Origin: Botryllus schlosseri | Taxonomy: Eukaryota | Direction of reading: 5' to 3' | Assembly: GCA_051294905.1 (NCBI GenBank) | Contig: CM119386.1 | Coordinates: forward strand, 11,935,001-11,968,000 | DNA length: 33,000 nucleotides | In this document: positions 1-10,391 of the stretch, piece by piece | Numbering within the stretch: the stretch's first letter is position 1 | Layout: every line of letters begins with the position of its first letter | Made by a program: the position numbers and the translations under genes | Notes under the pieces: generated by a model | Seen by the model: only the letters and a program-made list of their open reading frames with translations | What the model was told of the DNA's origin: nothing | Database searches by the model: none

Positions 1-1165
1 GAATGAAACCTTTGATCGAAATGAAGGAACAGACAACACCAAAAGAGTTGGCAAGAATCAAAGGTTTGATTGGTTACTATGCTTGCTGGATACCTGATTT
101 CTCCACTCGTATCCGTCCCTTGAACGAGTGTGAGCTGCCTCTGATATCGCTAAAGCTAGTGTCTGTGCGATCCGCGATGATTTGCCGTTCCATATTGAAA
201 CCGATGCATCAGATGTGGGGATAGCCGGCGTTTTGGCTCCCGGTGGCCGCCCTGTTGCATTAATGGCGAGAACACTAAGCAAACACGAGCGGAACTTCGC
301 TGACAAGAAGCTCTAGCTATTATCGAAGCGATCCAGAAATGGGAGCACTTCTTGAAGGGTCGTCACTTCACATTGACTACTGATCGAACGTCCGTATCGT
401 TCATTTTCGACAAGACAGGCTGAACAATGTTCCCGGTGCATTGTCTAGACATGTCGCAGCAGGCATTTCAACTATGCAACTCCAAGAAATTCATGACGCC
501 CTAGGTCATGGTATGGCTCGACTGGGTCATTTTGTTCGAAATAGAAACCTTCCTTACACCACTGAAGAAGTCGAGGCTTTTTGTACAAACGGCAGGGTCT
601 GTGCAAAGCTGAAGCCAAGGTTCCTCAAAAAAATTCCTATTCCATTGGTATAGGCGTCGAAACCCTGGGAACGGTTGTCCATAGATTTTGACAGTAAAAG
701 GTCAGTTTCCTCATGTTCTTATATTTGTTGATGAATATAGCAGATTCCCGTTTGCATTCACGTGTAGAACGAGCACATCTGATGCCGTAATTGAATGCCT
801 CGAGGATCTCATCAGTTAATTTGGGTTTCCAGAATTTGTTCACGGCGATCGGGGATTGTGTTTCACTAGTAAAGAAAAGGAGAAATTCCTGACCGAAAGA
901 GGCATTGCATTCAATAACCCAACGCCGTATCATCCACAAGGTAATAGCCAATGCGAACGCATCAGACTGTGTGGAGAACTGCTAAATTACTCCTGAGTTC
1001 TCGAGACTTGCCTGAGAACAAGTAGGCTGATGTTTTGAGTCGAGCATTGCATTCTATTAAATCCCTTTTGTGTACAGTACATCGACTAACGCGACGCCGC
1101 ACGAGCTGTTTTTATCTTTTGGCAGACGCTCTTTGTTTTGGGCGAAGCTTGCCCGAGTGGTTGTA
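1..1165 (+). mobile_element. Degenerate Ty3/Gypsy LTR-retrotransposon pol remnant (RT thumb, RNase H, integrase); runs off the left edge
   Basis: Translations across frameshifts and stops give the RT thumb (LARIKGLIGYYACWIPDFSTRIRPL), RNase H (FHIETDASDVGIAGVL..RPVALMARTL; EALAIIEAIQKWEHFLKGRHFTLTTD), a decayed integrase zinc finger (IHDALGHG..FCTNGRVC) and the integrase core (PWERLSIDF; YSRFPFAF; FGFPEFVHGDRG; TPYHPQGNSQCER; TNATPHE). The RT-RH-IN order is the Gypsy order. Confidence 0.92.
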
Positions 1166-1651
1166 GGGTTTAAGTCGGGACAGTATACATTAATAATAGC
1201 GAGACGCAAAACTCAACAGCATCTCGGCAGATAAGGAATGTCCATACCCAACGCAGCGGGTGCAATATAAAGCAGCGTAATAATTACATAAACAATCATT
1301 AGTAACACCACATGTAGTTCGTAAAATTCCAAGCATATAAATGCCTAAATATTGTGACATAATTATGATACTGGCATCTAACCATTAAGATAAATCGAAT
1401 ACTTGCGTTATCAGCTTGTCTGTCTTGGATTAAAGTGACGTCCTGGTTTTTTAGTTATATAATCTCATGATCGTTTCTACCCACATCACATAATTTTGGG
1501 AGGTAACGTGAATTTTCGCTAGCAACTAGGAAACTTTGTCACATCCAAGTTGAGCGGTGAACCAATTCTAATTCGGCATATCCACGACGTCTGCGAACAG
1601 ATCGTACAGCGAATGACACGTTGTCGACTGTGCATAACAACTTCAGCTAAC

Positions 1652-1769
1652 CTTCCAGACCAAATTTCAAAACTTCAGAATGTAAGTTATTGATGATCCC
1701 ACTCAATTCCGAAAATGTTCTGACGCTGTAGACCCGCTCGGGAGAAGTGGTATTGCCCGTGGCGATGAT
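1652..1769 (-). CDS. Unit A coding exon 9 (end of I domain)
   Basis: IIATGNTTSPERVYSVRTFSELSGIINNLHSEVLKFGLE(G); donor g|gttagc, phase 1; 118 nt. Confidence 0.93.
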
Positions 1770-4700
1770 CTGAATTCATCAACATAATTCGATGCGAGCC
1801 GCGTGAACGCTAAACGTATGCTATAACATTCACACCAGATTAAGTTTGCGGGTATAAAAAAACTAGACATTCACGAAGCCACGATCATTAATTTCAACAT
1901 AAGTCTTAACGAAAATCAAAATAAGTAGGTGAGCACTGCGTAATGTGGTTATAGAACATAGGCTTATATACCCAGAAATTCAACTCTACATTACGAAGAC
2001 AACATACACCGAAAATAGTAGTAGAGTACTGTACTATCCCATGCAGTCCAAAGTATATGCGATGCGATATGCGATGCGATTACCAACTATCAACAGTCTT
2101 GAGTGAATAATATATGTCAGCATCCAATTCAATCGAACCAATTTGTTGAATCACAACAACCCATAAATGTTACTCTGCAACAAGATCTGCTTGTGGTGAT
2201 GCAGGTGTCTCTATATATAATAGTTTTATGTCGCGTGATAGAGTGTTGTACCGCAGAGTTTAATAGGAGCCATAGCCTCTATTAATGTCACCTGTAGTTC
2301 ACTGAGGATGAATTGCCCAACGCCAATCGCGAACGTAATGATGCCCTGCGACCGTACGTACTCCGCAGTGGCTCTCAATCGGTCACTGTCGGCAGCTCTA
2401 TGTCAAATGAAACAAATGATTATCTTCCCATTATCACCATCACCAAAGAAGGCGAGGGACTGTACGGCTCTGACGATGAAGATTCGCGCCGGCTCGAATA
2501 TTTGCCGTCTATAGAGTAGACTTTCGCCTGAATGGACGGTAATGTCGACCAAACTACGAGGATCCCTATATCCAAGAAGAGATAACGACCCAAAACTAAT
2601 TTCTGTATGTTGGTTCATATCTATATCATCAATATTTTTATTATAACAATACGACAACAAACAACTAGAAATAGACCTCATCACTCTGTAATAACGATTT
2701 CGGGGATGATAATTATGAAAAGAATTTTTAAGTTCGAAGTAACACAATTACACAATATATTGTGTTTTGAAATTATTTTTATTTAAGAAGCATGTGACCA
2801 ATCTTTATTAAACCAGTTCAGCGACTCCTTCCCAATCCCCTAATACTATTTAAATTTCAGTATTTTCCTGATCTAGGCCTATTAGAAAGATCGTAACACA
2901 TAACGATAGAAATATCCTAATACTACAGCGCAGGCCGCCGGCCAATTAAATGCATAACGTATACATGAAGCCTACCTTCCGTCGGTCAAGAGAATCATAA
3001 CCCGTGTTGTATCTGTGTCGCTCCATCTTGGCGAGGCTTTGAAGTCCCGCAGTGTTTTATTCAGGGCATGGGCAGTGTAAGTTGTATGGCCCTGCAGTTT
3101 TATTCTTGAAATAGCAGTCTATATGAAAAGCAATTAGATTTAGCTACCAGAGACGATCTGTTAAATGGAGCGTTCCCACCAATAGTTCATCTTTCGTCTT
3201 ATATTGCCCCATCTTGATTTCTGTTTTCATATATTGTTGTCTATCAAAACTAAACGATAACAGAACACAGACAATAATGAGTGTAAGAACACATACAAGA
3301 ACGCATATCTTAAGGCATGCGGGCAAGAAGAATCAAAATGAATACGACATGTATTGCCGAGCTGAGTTGGACACTGCGTCACTTTAATTATTACACTGCA
3401 TTGAATAGGTCCAACGTGTTCATTAACGAATTTATCGTTATATAATAGGATTGTTGATGCAAAATTTACTTTTAAATTATGTATTAGTTGCTAATGAATA
3501 CCCCTGATGCCAGTGACGCGTGACGTGACAACAGAAAATATTTGTCTTCATTTCAATATGAATACAATTTCCAATCATAAAATCTTGTCGACGCTCCAGC
3601 TCCAGTACCTATGAAGTATCCCGTAACGAAATGTAAATGTACCTTTAATTATCGGAGTTTACTCAAGGTGGATATGTCTGGTTCCCGAATACTTGCTTGA
3701 TGTCACGTCTTTTAAACATCTACTTCCATTTCTCGAAGCAAGCCATTTATTTTTTACGGTATGATTTGTGCGGTGCATAAAATACTTTTTGTATATGTTC
3801 GAATCGCTTTTATGAATGATAACTGTCGTAGAAACTAGGCGAAAAAATCTAGCAATCACGGTAACTGTATGTAGTTACGAAATTTGTACTATTTTGTAGT
3901 AGCGAGGATGCATATTGCAGCTTCGATTGGCTACTTTTCAAAAGTACTTTTAATAATTTTGACATGTCGCGCAAATCGCAACTTCTTGTATTTGGGTAGA
4001 GATTCACGGTATGACATATTCTGTTCGGGCAGCAGCGCTAACTATTTTCGCCACCTCTACTCTTACCTAAAGCCACTGTACCAGTGTGAGTATTGGATCA
4101 CGCCCATTTCCACCGTCCCGTCATCTTCGTAAAATTGACTCGCCATTCTCGCAGTCCAACTTTTTACGATACTAAATTCACTACCGACCGAACCTGATCC
4201 GTCCAATACGAATATGATGTCCATGTTATGGGATGCGCATTCTTAATACCAATATAGACGCTGTCAAAACACCGTCACTGATGCAACACAAACAAAATTT
4301 GGAATTCATCATCTGTGACCGACCAATAAAGAGTGCTTGCTTCTATACTTAAAAGGTGGTTTAGGGAAAACCACTTTTCCTAAATTCGACCACTTTCGAC
4401 TACTTGAGTACCAACTATACTTTGACGACCTCTGGCATTGACGTGGTCTTAATGAGAAGGTCAATGGAAAGATAATATTTATATAACAGTCAAGACACAT
4501 TTACTTAAGGTGGTGACCAATTTCAAAAGGCATTTCGGCCCCTTCCTAATATCTTTTCACTGTATAGCAGTGTTATGGATGGTGTTTTGAAATGGTGAAA
4601 TTATTGCCACGCTGATACCGATAAATCTATCTACGATACAAAACCACCAGGAACAAGCTGAAAAACGTAGACTTCGGACAAAGTCACGAGCATTCGGCCA

Positions 4701-6739
4701 AATCAATTTATTGACTTGTGATGCAAAAGAGCGACGCTGTTGTGAGCACCATAACATGCTTTTATTAATGAACATCGATCATAAAAGCAAGCAGCAGGCC
4801 GCGTTGCATCTCCAACCGTGTCGCCTCAAGCATATGCTTACCTGATTTTGGTTGATCTCTGAAATCCATCCAAGTCAATCCATTGTCTATACTTTCGTAA
4901 CAGAAGCCGGGAATCGTTCGTGAATCGGTGCATGCGCGGGCTTTCGTAGGGGAACATGCCTTTAACAGACAAAACCGAGATCAATATAACGATCTTTCTC
5001 CACAAAATGATGAAAATACTGGATGGTGAGACAGTCATATCTCCAGAACTCCTTGTTTACGCAAACCGTATGGACCATATTGTTGCGCGTTGTAGGACAC
5101 CACCGTACGTTCGGGTTTAAGTCCGCTATATTGGATATATATTTGCGATATACGCTTGGTTCAAATTGATGTAAAGATCAATGCAACAGCACATCGTACT
5201 GCATAATCTACAATTTGTATGGTATGTCAACATTTCTGGGCGAGTTAAAATTGTTGTTGTGTATTGCTCTCCATCAGTTCAATCTAACGCGATTTCGTGG
5301 AATAAATGTACATTGTACAATGTACATCTGTACAACTTACCATAATATTATTTACCATGCTGTCGAGTGACATTCCGAACGAATCGCCAGGTCCTACGTC
5401 GGGTACCTTCAATGCCGTGCAGGAGTTGGGCCTGTCGTCGAAATGAACGAGGCAGCTTTGAATTCCACCTTCAGCTGCACCAAGACAATTATAACTCGTT
5501 CGATAAAGTCGGCCTACATATTGTATGGTTGTTTTGACCTACCATCAGCTGGTTGGCCACTATTGTTGTATTTAGCCACCTCGGGTTGTGAAGTATTGGA
5601 TAATTTCGGTGCTGAGATATATATCTTGGAGCTGAATGGAAAGATATTTCAAATGTTGTATTTAGTTAGTAAGATAACTCAAGAAGTGACTTAGCAATTG
5701 CAACTTGTATAGCTAGTTCCGAAGTTTTTACCTTGCACATGTACAGTTTCGCATCAAACGTGCTTTCACAATGGATTTTAACCGGTGGTCAAAACTGCTA
5801 CTTGGGAAAGATGAGAAGTAGTTTCATTATTAAATTCTAGCAAAGCATATTCCACTCCAAGATTGTATAATTGAATGCCAGCAGAAGCGAACGTCAGTAA
5901 ATACGTACATTAAATTAGGCGTATGGAAATAACGGTCTATTTGTGACGTACGTAAGGCACTCGCGAACGGCAAATAAAAACACACTTAACGACAACAGGG
6001 ACGTGCCATATGTAGCCAACATGACACTACGCTGTGAAAGTCGTTAGACCATGAGCCCTATGCAGTGGATAATTCTGGTTTAACACCATTTTGCTTAGGT
6101 GCTAATTCTTTACATGCTTGAGTAGCCAAACATATGATGTGCAAGCCGCCTCCATTTGCGTGAACTTAGGCCTACTTCAAGGGTGGAGGCTGCTCCACAT
6201 AAATTAAATCTAGAAATACCTTGAATTGCTGGGAAAAGGTCTGATTTGGTCGTTGTCACGCATTGAACGTCGGGTATGTCTACTTTCAAAGAGGTCACCA
6301 GTTCAAGCCTTACAGCTAGAGTTGTGTAGGCCTGTTACGCGTTATATGCGCCCAGAACAATAAGTTCCTAAAGGTTCCGGGAACTTAGAAATCGCGGTAT
6401 CGTATTAAGATCTTTGAATGTTGAGGCACCAAAGTCAATAATATGTGAGAGTCAGATATCTGTGAATAGTATTACAATCTCACTCAACGACAACAATGTC
6501 GGTAAAGGCAATCCCCCATACCTTAGTAATGTATCCTTCAACATTTTCAGTTGGTATCCGTAATATGATGACACCGTGGAAAACGCGTTCATCGGGTGTA
6601 GCTTTATCACAGGAGGAGATACTGTTTTGATCTCTCCCTGCATATGACCGACATTAAAGCATAGTGAAGGGTGTCCAAATTGTGAGACACAGAAACATAG
6701 AAAAATATGTCTACGCAGGGACACCACCCGTTTGCTCAT
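1652..6739 (-). CDS. Integrin alpha subunit with inserted I (VWA) domain, N-terminal unit A (9 coding exons, 387 codons; continuation not in window)
   Basis: Exons: 6739-6522, 5631-5543, 5474-5341, 4959-4842, 4241-4067, 3240-3180, 3118-2976, 2397-2292, 1769-1652. All introns are GT-AG, phases are compatible and there are no stops. Product: signal peptide MSKRVVSLRRHIFLCFCVSQFGHPSLC / FNVG.. / SSYYGY..KIYISAP (FG-GAP-like) / EGGIQSC..C..GDSFGMSL..MACSP..PGFCY / I domain DIIFVLDGSGS..TYTAHAL..MILLTDG..FAIGVG..FGLEG. Confidence 0.93.
2292..2397 (-). CDS. Unit A coding exon 8
   Basis: AADSDRLRATAEYVRSQGIITFAIGVGQFILSELQ; 106 nt. Confidence 0.95.
2976..3118 (-). CDS. Unit A coding exon 7 (MIDAS Thr and Asp)
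   Basis: TAISRIKLQGHTTYTAHALNKTLRDFKASPRWSDTDTTRVMILLTDG; 143 nt. Confidence 0.95.
3180..3240 (-). CDS. Unit A coding exon 6
   Basis: QQYMKTEIKMGQYKTKDELL; 61 nt; acceptor ttttgatag|. Confidence 0.88.
3421..3575. repeat. Diverged single arm of the foldback family at 25697-25987
   Basis: Shares tattcatattgaaatgaa, atattttc, caggggta, agcaacta and catcaacaatc with the foldback arm. Confidence 0.55.
4067..4241 (-). CDS. Unit A coding exon 5 (I-domain start, MIDAS DxSxS)
   Basis: ECASHNMDIIFVLDGSGSVGSEFSIVKSWTARMASQFYEDDGTVEMGVIQYSHWYSGF; donor ag|gtaaga; 175 nt. Confidence 0.95.
4842..4959 (-). CDS. Unit A coding exon 4
   Basis: ACSPTKARACTDSRTIPGFCYESIDNGLTWMDFRDQPKS; donor g|gtaagc; 118 nt. 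Confidence 0.9.
5341..5474 (-). CDS. Unit A coding exon 3
   Basis: EGGIQSCLVHFDDRPNSCTALKVPDVGPGDSFGMSLDSMVNNIM; donor atg|gtaagt; 134 nt. Confidence 0.9.
5543..5631 (-). CDS. Unit A coding exon 2
   Basis: Acceptor ttccattcag|, SKIYISAPKLSNTSQPEVAKYNNSGQPAD, donor g|gtaggt; 89 nt. Confidence 0.88.
6522..6739 (-). CDS. Unit A coding exon 1: signal peptide and start of propeller blade 1
   Basis: MSKR..PSLC-FNVGHMQ..SSYYGYQLKMLKDTLL; donor ag|gtatgg, phase 2. Confidence 0.88.
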
Positions 6740-7559
6740 CTGTCAATTGTGTGAGAAACACATCCGGGATTAAGTACCAATCCGACAGACCTAAGCCGAG
6801 GGTATCTCACTCTATATAGAACTTCATTCGATACGGAAGCTGTGATATACCGTATACGTCTCGCAGTTACATTGCCTAGCAGTGGTTCAAAACCTTGTTT
6901 TATTAATGGAACCCTACGTTAATTGATCACTGGTATCTACAACTTTCCGCCTTCCACGCTAGGCGCTTGCCAAGCTTATCGTCCAAGCACCTCAATGGTA
7001 CAGTCCAAAAGAAACCCTTCCGCCCTAACCTCGTCGCGGGTGATAGTCTATCGTTACTGATGAGATGCATTGAACATACACCGTCGGAAGAAGAGATAAT
7101 TATAATATTAGTATCAGTATATACTGGGTAAATGATGAGTAAAGCGGAAAATGGATATCATAATCGATGCGATCCTTCCTGCCCAGAGAGATTTACGTAG
7201 CGAAGGGCCACCATCCTGCTGAAGCACGCTTGCCAAAACGCGACAATCGACTAATTGTTTTTGTTAACAATGCCGTTGATATTTGCCGCCAAACCGATGA
7301 CGAAGAGACGAAATTAACACCTTCAACCGATGAATAATTACCCTAATGATGCTACTAGACATGTCTAACTATGAGTAGCGAATTATAGTTTCATGATCAT
7401 ACTAATAGACGGACATGCATTTAATACATTTATGAAATACATATCTTGATTTCTTCAACATCCTTAGCCCATTTAATCCGATAGCATTAAATATTAGACT
7501 GTAGAATACATCATCGATGCTTATACGTTGAAAACGTATAAATTGCAACGTCACTGATA

Positions 7560-8271
7560 TCGCTTACTAAGGCTTGACAGGAGCTTCGTCACATTCCCCG
7601 GTTAAGAATCTCTTCCCTGCGTGATGACAACCGGCAAGACCAGTCGATTAATAGAGATGAGTGTAATGATCAGAGAAATGATAAGACTCACAACCAAGTC
7701 AGTGCAGTGCGCCTTGAAGAAAACACGGTGTTTCAACGGTCCGAGGAGTGAAAATCCCATGCGTACGGTCTGACATCAATAATATAATCGGCAGCGATTG
7801 CGGTAGATTTCCTTAACAGGATCTCGTAAGGGGATGGTGAACTCATGCATCAGACTATCTTTCAATGTTTCGTAACAGTCGTTGTGCTTGAGTTCGGCAA
7901 AATCAAACGAAAAAAATGAGCTCGTTGCCGTCCAAGCACCGCAGACCATGGAAGTACTTTGTCGCAGGGTCGGCAACTCCGTAAGCGGGAAACCGAGGTC
8001 ACAAAAATATCGCATGTCATTCCATGACACGTTAACTAAGGTCCGCTGACTCTGTATTAATGAACTTAAGACTCATATCTCCTGTGGCTAGCTATTCGAA
8101 ACAACTAAAAATCACGGCGATACATACAGCACGGTTCGTAAATGTCGACTATGTAAAACAGCTTGTAAAACAAAAAGGTATGGTAACATGATTCGTGGAG
8201 GCAATCAAACAGCAGTACACGCTAAAATGGTTAATATTATGACTAATAACTCGGAATAAAAATACATCACA
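7560..8271 (-). mobile_element. Possible decayed LTR element: TG..CA LTR-like segment 8271-8053 followed by a gag-like remnant
   Basis: TGTGATGTAT..TAATACA, then broken frames containing CYETLKDSLMHEFTIP and INRLVL..REEILN, which resemble Gypsy gag helices. Heavily degenerate. Confidence 0.35.
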
Positions 8272-8460
8272 GGCCTTATACTACTAGTGTCATAATTTTG
8301 CAAAGATTCTAGAGATAAAATGTGATAAAATGTCGACAGCCGTAAATTAGGCTATGGTGCGACGTTTAAAGAGAACACAAAAATCAACAATATCACGTAG
8401 AGAGCGAGTGTCATATTAGCGATCTATATAAAACAGCTCAGCATTCAAACTTGCGAGCGA

Positions 8461-8635
8461 AGGTTAGCTTACACATGGGTTAAGATTAGGGGTCAGGTTA
8501 ACTCGTGTGGCGATTAGGGTTGGACTTATAGGTTAGGTTGAGCTAGGGGATAAGCGCTGGTGCTATCGAGTTGAGGTTAGGGTCAGGTGAGCGTGTGTTA
8601 CTGTTCGGTGTAAGCATAGGGTTAGCTTTGGGTTA
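8461..8635 (+). repeat. Degenerate GGTTAG/TTAGGG-rich tract
   Basis: Interspersed ggttag, ttagggtt, ggttaggtt, gaggttagggtcagg and tagggttag units. Confidence 0.5.
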
Positions 8636-8874
8636 TTTTGAATGACTCTCAATCATATAGCATATTTTGAACGAGAGCTGTTAAGTCTCCGAATTGAACG
8701 TTCAATATACAAGTCGTTCCAATGGAAATATGCAGCAGTTCATACGAAATTGTTAGTTACTCTGTGGCCCCTCACAATCGCTACGCGATCCTTAGTTTGA
8801 AGAGCGTCCTGTCCCGTGCGACCCCATCTGTTCGAAGAACTGCATATACATGCATGGTGATCAAGTGGATGGTC

Positions 8875-9349
8875 GCTGAAAGACGTGCAAAAATATTACG
8901 ACTAGGAATCTATATTGTTACAAGTTAGATGCCACTTACTGGTATATCCTCGGCGTCTTCTCTCAGAGAGAGAGTTGGAGTTGATATTCTTTTTTGCCTG
9001 CTCCATCAAGAGATGCTTTGACGACGGATATGCGACACCTCCTTTATAGTAAGGTCATCTAGTCTGCACCTCTGTTTTTTCTCCTTCATGCTATCTGCCT
9101 AGCAGTTTTTGAGTCTTTGGTCTGACCCGTCCGGGGATCAAACCCACGACTTACCGATCTAGACGCCGGACGCATCACCATTACACTACCTTGCTCGGAA
9201 GCGATTTGGCGGGGGAAGCTACATAAATATTTTCCGCGCACGGGCTACCGATCCCACAGTTACGTTTCATACGCGCGAATCATTCAACACTGTCACACTG
9301 GCCATTACACACTGTTGCATTCACACCGTATATGTCGCGAGATCCTTAC
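8875..9349 (-). other. Putative spliced 5'UTR of unit A: intron 9349-9219 (131 nt), exon 9218-8940, intron 8939-8876 (64 nt), next exon from 8875
   Basis: Sites GTAAG..tttatgtAG|c and ca|GTAAGT..cacgtctttcAG|c are all mirrored at 32799-32520. Confidence 0.55.
8965..9196 (-). mobile_element. tRNA-derived SINE
   Basis: The minus strand begins with an A-box-like tagtgtaatggt and a B-box-like gggtttgatcccc, followed by a ~150-nt non-tRNA body ending aaaaaagaatatcaactccaact. The segment is absent from the paralogous region at ~32650. The 3' boundary is approximate. Confidence 0.75.
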
Positions 9350-9407
9350 CGTCGCCGAGAGCTGAATTGAAAATCCGGATTGGGCATGTTCCATTTTATA
9401 AGCGGAG
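9350..9407 (-). promoter_or_regulatory. Putative core promoter of unit A: TATAAAA (9400-9394), initiator-like tcAatt (A at 9368), 19-nt non-coding exon ending in |GTAAGG
   Basis: The TATA-to-Inr spacing is 32 nt. A 33-nt core matches 32825-32857 at 32/33 positions, while the flanking intron sequence is much more diverged. Confidence 0.65.
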
Positions 9408-10273
9408 TCTTCTTTCTTGACGCGGCCTATTACATACGAGAGGGTGTATGAAACGGGTTTGCGTGACCAGTGCAGAGGTCTAGTCAATGGCGTAGTAGCA
9501 TATACTGCCGGCATTGACTTTCGCTGAAAATACCGCCCAATTTTTAATAGGCGCAGAGCCACAGCCGCAAAGTGGCTCCTACGCCACTAGGTCTAGGCAG
9601 AATCGGTTGGAGTCGATTCGGGTTAGGTATGGCAAAATATTTCGTGCTCATACTGGCGGAATAGAACTCGATTAAACCAACGAAATGAAAATCCTACTAG
9701 CTGTCGGGATGAAGCCGATATCGTATAACAGGCTACAATATCAGTCTTAAGACTGGAACTCAAATTTCGTGGCTTATGCCATATTCCACAACTTATACGA
9801 ACTATAAACTATCCACAAATTTCCAGTTTATGGATAGTTCAATAAAATGTATGCCCATTATGCTCATACTGCTGTGAAACATTAAATAGAGAATCGCAGT
9901 CCAACCTCAACAATTTGTGGTTCTGTGACCACGCGAGGTTACGATTGTTACGAGAGCACGCGTGATTGTATAATTTTGAGTATTCACATTTGCAAGTTTC
10001 AAGCATCATATCTCCATGGAATCGTAAGAAAGTCCGAAGAAAGTTCGATTTTTAGGTTTGCAAGAGTTTTGAGGGGCAGTAAGGCGACTAAATTTATACA
10101 TGTATACATGAGGTATTTGGGTCGCCAATACCTGTTCGCAAAGCTACATCTAAAATCTATTCCATTTTGAAAAGTCAATTTGGAAAAAAGTCTTGCCCCA
10201 ACAATCTTCATCCCGACAAATCAAAGAACTCGTATCGATAAATATTAGCAACAAAAGCAGCGTATATCTATAC

Positions 10274-10391
10274 CTTCTAGAGCAACATTTAGAACTTCAG
10301 ACCGTAAGCTATTAATGATCCCACTCAGTTCAGAAAATTTCGCAACGCTGTAGACTCTTTCGGATGAGGAGGTGTTTCCAGTTGCGATGAC
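10274..10391 (-). CDS. Unit B coding exon 9 (end of I domain)
   Basis: VIATGNTSSSERVYSVAKFSELSGIINSLRSEVLNVALE(G); donor g|gtatag, phase 1; 118 nt. Confidence 0.93.

Noticed and set aside
1162-1189. TG..CA 28-mer as an LTR of the Gypsy remnant
   Set aside because: It is too short and has no polypurine tract in front.
2313-2519. Plus-strand ORF resembling a terminal exon (MPNANRERNDALRP..)
   Set aside because: It is the antisense shadow of unit A exon 8, which has clear VWA motifs and a paralog in B.
4355-4441. GGLGKTT...LYFDDLW, resembling NB-ARC Walker A/B
   Set aside because: Only about 15 residues separate the motifs (about 70 expected), a stop follows, there is no supporting exon, and it lies antisense in an integrin intron.
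4860-4900. Asp-box SxDxGxTW suggesting a sialidase, reelin or laminin
   Set aside because: It lies within integrin exon 4 (also STDSGRTW in B) in a continuous integrin-alpha reading frame.
5732-6298. Integrin-looking words in A intron 1 (HHMFGYSSM; LYNLGVEY)
   Set aside because: There is no consistent splice or phase path and no counterpart in B. The 6739-6522 exon already supplies the signal peptide and FN-x/YGY motifs.
8780-8875. Possible phase-1 terminal coding exon for B (ATIHLITMHVYAVLR..IA*)
   Set aside because: The acceptor belongs to the conserved promoter/5'UTR module mirrored at 32520, and the peptide is not conserved in that copy.
9120-9196. tRNA gene
   Set aside because: It has A/B boxes but no proper cloverleaf or acceptor stem and continues into a SINE body.
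9556-9596. Helitron 3' end (gagccac..gtggctc hairpin plus CTAG)
   Set aside because: CTAG is not followed by T and no matching 5' TC terminus was identified.
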